50,771 nucleotides of DNA from the NCBI GenBank assembly GCA_021844025.1, contig JAKBUF010000002.1, positions 1-50,771 of the forward strand. Direction: 5' to 3'. The position numbers and the translations under genes are program-made. The DNA is from a bacterium. Its GTDB lineage: Bacteria; Patescibacteriota; Minisyncoccia; UBA6257; JAGOQP01. The stretch's first letter is position 1, and each line of letters opens with the position of its first letter. Of this stretch, positions 44,391 to 50,771 are shown one piece after another. Under the pieces are notes generated by a model. The model was not told the DNA's origin and did no database searches. It saw only the letters and a list, made by a program, of their open reading frames with translations.

Positions 44391-44801
44391 ATGTTCATTC
44401 AAACAGCACAAATGTATGCCACATTTTTGCGGAGATGGATAAAAAACATATCTAAAAAAACTGGTGATTTTATAGGGGCAGCCATTATGACTATTCTATT
44501 CATTCTCGCTTCAGGGGCGGTTGCTTTCCTTCTTGGAACTATATCATCCATACTTATAGTTGGAGGGTTAATACTTTCCCTGGCAATGGCATTTCTTATC
44601 CAGGTGTTTAGAGGTATCGGAGGAATTGCTCCTATGCTTTTCGGTTTTTATTGGTTTGGTTGTAGCCTATGTGGTTATATGACCTCACTCATAAAGGATT
44701 TTGGATTTTCTCTCGGCGCAGCGAATACCTTTGGAGCTCTCTATATTGCTTGCTGTGCTGGTATGTTTTTTGCAGCATGGCTTAGAGAAAAGAAATTTTA
44801 A
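44391..44801 (+). CDS. small multi-pass membrane protein, unknown function
   Basis: 136 aa with three to four hydrophobic segments. GGGAGG lies 6 nt upstream of the ATG. Confidence 0.7.
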   Translation: MFIQTAQMYATFLRRWIKNISKKTGDFIGAAIMTILFILASGAVAFLLGTISSILIVGGLILSLAMAFLIQVFRGIGGIAPMLFGFYWFGCSLCGYMTSLIKDFGFSLGAANTFGALYIACCAGMFFAAWLREKKF

Positions 44802-44827
44802 AAACTAAAAAATCTTAGGAGTATAAA

Positions 44828-45166
44828 ATGAAGCCTCATAATTTGATAATAGTTGTACTAGTCGTACTCGCTGTTATTGCGGCCGCCGTTATAATATTCA
44901 ATGGTGGAGAAATGGGTCGTGAACGGAAACAAATCACCACCGAACAGTTTCAAAACGTTCGAGCTGGTGACTTCGCTCTTTCAAAGACATACACCGGTTT
45001 CTGGTGTCCAGTAAAGCAAAAAGGAAATGGGTGGGTTACAATAAGAATTCATGAAGATATTGTAACTCTCCACCAAAAAGACATTGATTCCATTATTTTC
45101 GCGCCCAGAGATATGGACTCAAATAAGTGGCAAAAAATGGCACTTGAATATCTCGCCACTCATTAA
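44828..45166 (+). CDS. small N-terminally anchored protein, unknown function
   Basis: 112 aa with TM segment LIIVVLVVLAVIAAAVIIF. AGGAG lies upstream. Confidence 0.65.
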   Translation: MKPHNLIIVVLVVLAVIAAAVIIFNGGEMGRERKQITTEQFQNVRAGDFALSKTYTGFWCPVKQKGNGWVTIRIHEDIVTLHQKDIDSIIFAPRDMDSNKWQKMALEYLATH

Positions 45167-45194
45167 AAGTTTGTATGTTTTCTACAAAACATAT

Positions 45195-45220
45195 TCCCGA
45201 CCTTGTGTCGGGATTTTTTT
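45195..45220 (+). terminator. intrinsic terminator
   Basis: TCCCGAC-CTTGT-GTCGGGA followed by TTTTTTT. Confidence 0.8.
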
Positions 45221-45341
45221 ATTACAAATTCTCATCCTTTCATACTCCCACCTTCACATAAAGTTTCGGACGGGCAAGTAAATATGTAAGGATGGGAATT
45301 TTTCGCGACATTCGCGTAGAATTCGCATTGTTCGCATCGGA

Positions 45342-46385
45342 TTACTTTTTTGCGTTAAAATACTTCTCTATTTTCTCTTTTTGTTCCTCTATAACATTCC
45401 GTGATCCAATTTTATTTACCTCGTTAGAAACAGAATTGGTTCTCATGGGGTCAACAATTTTTTCTAAGATTTTTAACTTTACTTCCTGCGCATACAGTTT
45501 TACCGGCCCTCCGGGAGGGCACCCTTTTGCGTGCCATTGTTCGTGGGCTTTTTTAACCTCAGCACACGTGATTGGTACGGTTACCAATAATACATCGTCT
45601 ACCTGTGTGCGAATTCCTTTGTGTAAACTTTTGTCTATTTTATTTTGCTTTACCTTAAGATCATCCTCTTTCCACTTGAGAGTAAATTGAATACCAAATA
45701 CCGAATCATCTCCCAAAACCTTTTCCTCTTCTTCTACCTGCACTCCGCGGTGATGTTCATGAATCTTTACAATAAAATCAATTTTTTCATCCATATCTTG
45801 CACCACGTTCACTTCTTCTACCTCAACGCCCAGCTCCGGTATATCAAACTGTATTTGTTTTAATAAATGCACCGCGTCTTGTTCAAATTGTTTTCCTGCA
45901 TGCGTTTCGGTTCCTTTTTCTTTTGCATCTAGATCTTTTAGGGCTTCTTCAAAATATCCGGCGCGAGTGAGTTTTCCCCCTTGTTCACTTTTCTCTTTTT
46001 CTTGTAAGGCAACCTGCCGATTATATAACTGTTGTATACGTGTCTTTGCGCGTGCTAATACATATTGTTTTGCTAACTCAGGCGGAACGGAATCAAGCGA
46101 TAGAGTATATTCAGACCCCAATGACACATCGGCAATCAAGTCTCCCAGTGTGGCTGACCCTAGTGTTCCTTCGCAATTTACCAAAAAGGTATTGTGGCGC
46201 GCATCATATATAGCTTCCCGGTTCAATGTTCCCTGCCCGCGAATAATTCCTTTTTTCTCCGCGACCATACGCAACTCCTCTTGTAGTTGATCGGTGATTT
46301 GGTCTTTATATTCTTGCAGTACCGCAATTTCACGTTGTTCTTGTGTAAGGGCGGCTGCTTGTTTGGGTGGTTGTTCGTTCTTCAT
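45342..46385 (-). CDS. hypothetical protein
   Basis: 347 aa, charged and helical N-terminal half. No motif recognised. Confidence 0.7.
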   Translation of the reverse strand: MKNEQPPKQAAALTQEQREIAVLQEYKDQITDQLQEELRMVAEKKGIIRGQGTLNREAIYDARHNTFLVNCEGTLGSATLGDLIADVSLGSEYTLSLDSVPPELAKQYVLARAKTRIQQLYNRQVALQEKEKSEQGGKLTRAGYFEEALKDLDAKEKGTETHAGKQFEQDAVHLLKQIQFDIPELGVEVEEVNVVQDMDEKIDFIVKIHEHHRGVQVEEEEKVLGDDSVFGIQFTLKWKEDDLKVKQNKIDKSLHKGIRTQVDDVLLVTVPITCAEVKKAHEQWHAKGCPPGGPVKLYAQEVKLKILEKIVDPMRTNSVSNEVNKIGSRNVIEEQKEKIEKYFNAKK

Positions 46386-46390
46386 ATATT

Positions 46391-46516
46391 ATGGAGCGTC
46401 ACAGGCAAGCCTGTAAATATTTTGTATTATCTTGTGAGATGATGGTTTGCTTGTGGCGCGGAATCCCGCACCGAAAACATTTATTCATGGGTAAGCTTAT
46501 GTTTTCTGGTGCGTGG
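46391..46516. repeat. left copy of the inverted repeat flanking mrdA (includes the last mrdA codons)
   Basis: Its reverse complement aligns with 48517-48638. There is an exact 16-mer CCACGCACCAGAAAAC, and overall roughly 70 percent identity by hand alignment. Confidence 0.75.
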
Positions 46517-48398
46517 ATAACGTTGGGGTTGTACTGACTGTTTTCATAATTCTATGTTCATAATACCACGAAAGCACGTCGCGCACGACCGGCACCGCGT
46601 TTAAACTTCCTTCCCGCGCATCTTCAATAAGTACTAATATAGCAATTTGCGGATTTGGTACTGGTGCATACGCAACCACAAACGCGTTTGTCTTTGCATT
46701 ATTTTGAATCTGCGCGCTTCCAGTTTTTGCCGCAATCACCATAGGAATAGTGTGTAACATATATGCGGTTCCATAATCTTTTGCTACAGAGGCTAACATA
46801 CCCTGCTCCACTTCATTTAAATCGTTTGGATTTTTCATTTCTAATGTATCAAATGAAGGGGTTTTTTCATACACTATTTTCCCACTGTTTGTTTTTGCAT
46901 CTTTTACTACAAACGGAACCGGAAGTTTTCCTTTACTGGCAACCCCACTAATGTACCGTAATAATTCTATAGGAGTAATCATTAAATCTCCTTGTCCGAT
47001 TGCTACGTTATAGGTATCTCCAATACGCCAAATTTGTCCGGTGCGTTTTTCTTTTTCATCGGGGTTAGGAAGTGATCCGTAATTTTCCCCTGGCAAATCA
47101 ATACCTGTTTTTTTGTCTAATAGGAATTTACGCCAATATACATTTAATAAATCAATTCCCAGACCCTTTTGATCCTGAAACCCTCCCCCCACTTCATAAA
47201 AATATACATTACTGGAGCGGGCAAGCGCCGAATACATATTCACCCACCCTTGCGGCTTCCAATCTAAAAACTTTGACGGCTTGTCGGGACTATACGGATT
47301 TGGTAATTCAATGTATCCCGCTGAATAAATTGATTTGAGCGGGTCAATAACGTGTTCTTCTAAGGCACCAAAAGCAACCAGAGGTTTTATAGTTGAACCA
47401 GGACTATACACCCCCGAAATAGTTCTATTAAACGTAGGGTGCGCTGGATCAGAAAAAAGTGAGGCGGTTAAATTATTATTATCAAAATCAGGAAAGTTTA
47501 TTAATGAAAGCACTTCTCCGGTTTGAGGGTTGAGCGCAAGCCCTACGCCCGATGTTCTATCTAAATCTTTCAAACGGGTTTGTAGAGTAGTAAAAAATAC
47601 TTTCTGTAATTCAGCATCTAGGGTGGTATCTAAACGAGCACCACTAATGGGTTCTTGTGTCCGCTCGGGCGCGATATCGTTTCCTTTTGCGTCTCGAAAT
47701 TGTATTTTTGCGCCGTTGGTTCCTCGTAATAATGCGTCGTATTGAGCTTCAATGCCCATTTTTCCAATGTCATCATTTAATTGCAAAGACGGGTCTGCTG
47801 CTAAATCATCTTGGGTGACCAGTCCAATAAATCCTAACACATGTGAAAACATGGGTCCGTCTATATATTCACGCGCATACCCGTCTTCAATAGTAACGGC
47901 GCGATTATCTAATTTTTTAAGAGCAATCACCGCATCAAGTGAAATATTTTTTACCAGTGGTACATATGCCTGACGCTCTAGGTCTGCTTTTCTGATTTGT
48001 TCTTTGGTGGTAGTGGCATCAAATGGAACAATTGCTTGTATTGCCGCTAGTGTAGCATCTACCGATTCAGGGTGGCGCAATATTTCAGACAAATTTATAC
48101 TCACATCAAACGTTGGCTTGTTGGTTACTAACGGAATACCATATCGATCATATATAATTCCTCGGGGAGCTTTGAGAATAGTCCCCTGCCCGGCATTTGC
48201 AATAGCGCGCGCGCTATATTCTTGCGCATGAAATACATCAAAATAAGCCACTCGTCCTGCTACAATAAGCACGCCAAGTGTAATAATAACCCCTAAAACC
48301 CTAAACAATTTATCAGAAAGCGGGCGTTCTACTACGTCTAATCCGTTTGAAAAATCATCCAAAGCAATATCCTCTAAGAAAAAGTCTTTTTTACTCAT
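46497..48398 (-). CDS. mrdA: penicillin-binding protein 2 (elongation transpeptidase)
   Basis: SxxK (GSTIKP), SxN (RSSN) and KTG (AKTGSA). N-terminal TM anchor. Next to the mre genes (mreB, mreC and the putative mreD). Confidence 0.9.
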   Translation of the reverse strand: MSKKDFFLEDIALDDFSNGLDVVERPLSDKLFRVLGVIITLGVLIVAGRVAYFDVFHAQEYSARAIANAGQGTILKAPRGIIYDRYGIPLVTNKPTFDVSINLSEILRHPESVDATLAAIQAIVPFDATTTKEQIRKADLERQAYVPLVKNISLDAVIALKKLDNRAVTIEDGYAREYIDGPMFSHVLGFIGLVTQDDLAADPSLQLNDDIGKMGIEAQYDALLRGTNGAKIQFRDAKGNDIAPERTQEPISGARLDTTLDAELQKVFFTTLQTRLKDLDRTSGVGLALNPQTGEVLSLINFPDFDNNNLTASLFSDPAHPTFNRTISGVYSPGSTIKPLVAFGALEEHVIDPLKSIYSAGYIELPNPYSPDKPSKFLDWKPQGWVNMYSALARSSNVYFYEVGGGFQDQKGLGIDLLNVYWRKFLLDKKTGIDLPGENYGSLPNPDEKEKRTGQIWRIGDTYNVAIGQGDLMITPIELLRYISGVASKGKLPVPFVVKDAKTNSGKIVYEKTPSFDTLEMKNPNDLNEVEQGMLASVAKDYGTAYMLHTIPMVIAAKTGSAQIQNNAKTNAFVVAYAPVPNPQIAILVLIEDAREGSLNAVPVVRDVLSWYYEHRIMKTVSTTPTLSTHQKT

Positions 48399-48516
48399 GC
48401 CAAATAATAGAATTGCGAGTGTTATTCCAACATAGATCGGAATAAGTTAGTTTTTATAATTATATAACCTCTCTTATATTACCTAAAAATCACTAATTGT
48501 ATAGCCCGTAATTTGT

Positions 48517-48638
48517 CCACGCACCAGAAAACCGTGAGTTTACCTATGAATGGTTTGGGTACGGGACTGCGCACCCCAAGCAAGCCATTAGCTTGCGAGG
48601 TATGAGAAGATATTATGGGTTTGCCCGTGGTGCTTCAT
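48517..48638. repeat. right copy of the inverted repeat flanking mrdA
   Basis: See 46391-46516. Confidence 0.75.
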
Positions 48639-48675
48639 TTTCTCGCAGTTCACTACTTGGCATTCCCAGAGATAT

Positions 48676-49146
48676 TTAAATAGATTTGCTACCTTTTTTG
48701 AAAATACGGAGAAGCACAATTATTACCAATAATATAAGTACATTATAGAAAAACTCCATTAAGAACGATAATCCAAATGACTGATGAGAAGCAAAAAAAC
48801 TCCAAAACACCACCTGCATGATCAGAACTCCAATTCCCATAAGTAGTGGTTGTGTTTCTCGAATAAACATTTTGCGTACTATGAATAATACGACACCACT
48901 TATACCTAACACTATGAGTTCTGGGGTTGCTGCTGGCATATATTTTGCTAAACCCAAAGTTGCTAAGACAAATGCACCAAATAGAAGTGGCTCATGTATA
49001 CTAAACACAAACATAACAATCCCCACTAAATATATATTTGGTTTTATAGGGAGTGGAAAGGAAACAAGAATAGACAATACTATCAGAAGGGCAAAAATAA
49101 TGAGCCCTTGTTTTATTTCATTTTGCATCTGCTGTTGCATGACCAA
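48676..49146 (-). CDS. MreD-like multi-pass membrane protein (by position and topology)
   Basis: 156 aa with about five hydrophobic segments, directly after mreC. Confidence 0.55.
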   Translation of the reverse strand: MVMQQQMQNEIKQGLIIFALLIVLSILVSFPLPIKPNIYLVGIVMFVFSIHEPLLFGAFVLATLGLAKYMPAATPELIVLGISGVVLFIVRKMFIRETQPLLMGIGVLIMQVVFWSFFASHQSFGLSFLMEFFYNVLILLVIIVLLRIFKKGSKSI

Positions 49147-49149
49147 GTA

Positions 49150-49839
49150 TTATTTATCAATACGCACCTTAATAGTGCGTAGGTCATTGATGGTGTAGGG
49201 GGTATCAATGGTTGCTTCTAAAAACGCGCCCAAAGAGTCTTCATGAGATTCGCGAACCGTGCCAATGGTAAGGCCGTAGGGCATGTCTTTTGAGGCGCTC
49301 ACAATAATATCTCCGGTTTGTACTTTTTTTGTTTTATCAATGAGTGTAATACGCGGGCTCACTCCTCCTTGTAACAAGCCGTTTACCTCACTTGATCCTA
49401 TACGTACCGGAATGGTAAGGCCTCCATCAAATATAGTTGCGGCCTCTGCTGTATTTTTAGTAACAGAAACTACCTGTCCTATTAATACTCTATCAGAAAA
49501 TAACACCGCGTTTCCTACAGCAAGATTTGCATCAGATCCCTTGTCTAAAAACAGACGATTTTTAGTATTAAATGGATACAGCGAAAATACCTTTGCATCA
49601 ACAACTTGTCCTTCATGAGGAACAATCATGTGTTGTTGTGCGTACAATTCATTTTTTAAATCTTCATTTTGTTTAATGAGTTCTCGTTGCTGGTCAACCG
49701 ATACACTTGAGAACAGTGCCTGAACGTCACCTAATAGAAAGTGGGGTTTTGAAACAAAGAATGAAGTGGCAAACACACTCGTGCCAATCACCAGACATAC
49801 CATAATCAAAATTCCTTGTATATATCGAGCGTGTGTCAT
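49150..49839 (-). CDS. mreC: rod shape-determining protein MreC
   Basis: N-terminal TM segment, a coiled segment (QQRELIKQNEDLKNEL) and a beta-barrel-type C-terminal part with GLTIGTV. Confidence 0.8.
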   Translation of the reverse strand: MTHARYIQGILIMVCLVIGTSVFATSFFVSKPHFLLGDVQALFSSVSVDQQRELIKQNEDLKNELYAQQHMIVPHEGQVVDAKVFSLYPFNTKNRLFLDKGSDANLAVGNAVLFSDRVLIGQVVSVTKNTAEAATIFDGGLTIPVRIGSSEVNGLLQGGVSPRITLIDKTKKVQTGDIIVSASKDMPYGLTIGTVRESHEDSLGAFLEATIDTPYTINDLRTIKVRIDK

Positions 49840-49845
49840 GTTGTA

Positions 49846-50771
49846 TTAATCGAGCACAATCGGTTTAACCGAAAGTGAAAAGATGTTTTTATATTCATCA
49901 ATGTGTTCTGCCGCAATACCAGTTCCCCGTACTACACACGTGAGCGGATCATCAACTAAAATTGTCTTAACTCCTAATTCTTTTTCTGTTAATAGTGTCA
50001 GCCCGCGTAACAAGCTTCCCCCTCCCGAAAAATAAATACCATGACGCAAAATATCTCCCGATAATTCCGGTGGAGTATGTTCAATAATTTCACGAATTGA
50101 TTCAATGAGTTGTTTGAGTAGCGGCAGCAACACGGAACGAATCTGTATATCGCGCACAAGTACTTCGCGAGGTAAACCGCTTGCTAAATCACGGCCAGAT
50201 GCGTTTGTTTCAAATTTTTCAGTCCCCGCCATTGCCGAACCAATTTCAATTTTAATACGCTCAGCAGTCGGTTCACCCACCACCAACTTAAATTCATCGC
50301 GCATAAAGCGTATGATTTCTTCATTGAATTTGTCCCCGGCAATTTTAAGACTTTTTGAAACTACCACCCCTCCCATAGAAATAATGGCAATTTCTGTAGT
50401 TCCCCCACCAATATCAACAATCATGCTCGCGGTTGGTTCTTGAATAGGAAGTCGCGCCCCCAACACCGCCGCGATCGGTTCTTCTAACAAATAAACATTT
50501 GAAACTCCTGATGAAATAACCGCGTCCTCAACCGACTTACGTTCCACCTCGGTGAGATTGGTTGGAATTGCCACCACAGCGCGCACGTATTTAAACAATG
50601 AATCATCTTTTACGCGCTTTAAATAGTGTTTTAAAATCTCTTGTGTCATCACAAAGTCAGAAATAACTCCGTTTACCAACGGACGCACCACCGAAATATG
50701 AGAGGGGGTTCTTCCCATCATACGTTTTGCTTCATCTCCCACCGCTAATGTTTGACCTGTTTTTTCGTTTA
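49846..50771 (-). CDS. mreB: rod shape-determining protein MreB (5' end outside window)
   Basis: Actin-fold motifs DIGGGTTEIA and YFSGGGSLLRGL. The frame stays open to the window edge beyond the track's Met. Confidence 0.93.
   Translation of the reverse strand, partial: NEKTGQTLAVGDEAKRMMGRTPSHISVVRPLVNGVISDFVMTQEILKHYLKRVKDDSLFKYVRAVVAIPTNLTEVERKSVEDAVISSGVSNVYLLEEPIAAVLGARLPIQEPTASMIVDIGGGTTEIAIISMGGVVVSKSLKIAGDKFNEEIIRFMRDEFKLVVGEPTAERIKIEIGSAMAGTEKFETNASGRDLASGLPREVLVRDIQIRSVLLPLLKQLIESIREIIEHTPPELSGDILRHGIYFSGGGSLLRGLTLLTEKELGVKTILVDDPLTCVVRGTGIAAEHIDEYKNIFSLSVKPIVLD

Noticed and set aside
46391-46537. A 48-codon + strand ORF inside the left inverted repeat near mrdA
   Set aside because: The equivalent frame in the right repeat copy stops after 16 codons, so the repeat is not conserved as a coding sequence.

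Overview
This is a low-GC bacterial chromosome segment. Its gene style suggests a reduced-genome, Patescibacteria/CPR-like organism: a compact housekeeping set, many N-terminally anchored hypothetical proteins, split secD/secF and a TraD-like ATPase pair. That placement is inference only. All calls come from reading the ORF translations and the DNA, with no database search.

Recognisable housekeeping genes:
- Translation and RNA: trpS, ileS, efp, typA, tsaD, mnmA, tRNA-Lys(CTT), tRNA-Gly(GCC).
- DNA and stress: dprA, topA, a Rel/SpoT protein, ruvB.
- Envelope and secretion: mltG, a SEDS protein, secD, secF, mrdA, and mreB, mreC and a tentative mreD.

Main findings:
1. A ~9.7 kb integrative element (about 18815-28513) is inserted in codon 10 of mnmA.
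   - Its large serine recombinase ORF has no stop of its own and reads in frame into MnmA, giving the 961-aa track ORF.
   - The displaced mnmA start codon sits at the other end of the element. Joining the two ends at a shared CTTAAA hexamer rebuilds an intact mnmA.
   - In the circular form, the same join would give the recombinase a short native tail, a stop and a terminator.
   - Cargo is an XRE-led operon of four uncharacterised envelope or secreted proteins, one with 15-aa tandem repeats and EGF-like Cys modules, plus a divergent HTH-Fic gene. Two identical 14-bp palindromic operators lie between them.
2. A host repeat family combines GAAAATTG/GGAAATT words with a CCCNGTAG...CTACNGGG hairpin. 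It occurs after stop codons and also in frame inside tsaD, mnmA and ileS, resembling the Rickettsia palindromic element situation.
3. IleRS carries an apparently intact ~200-aa histidine-phosphatase domain inserted in its catalytic core.
4. mrdA is bracketed by ~125-bp inverted repeats that include its own last codons.

Further structures are listed below: long hairpins with shared termini, an interrupted duplicate of the tRNA-Gly 3' end, a perfect 40-bp palindrome, and a consensus promoter with a structured leader.
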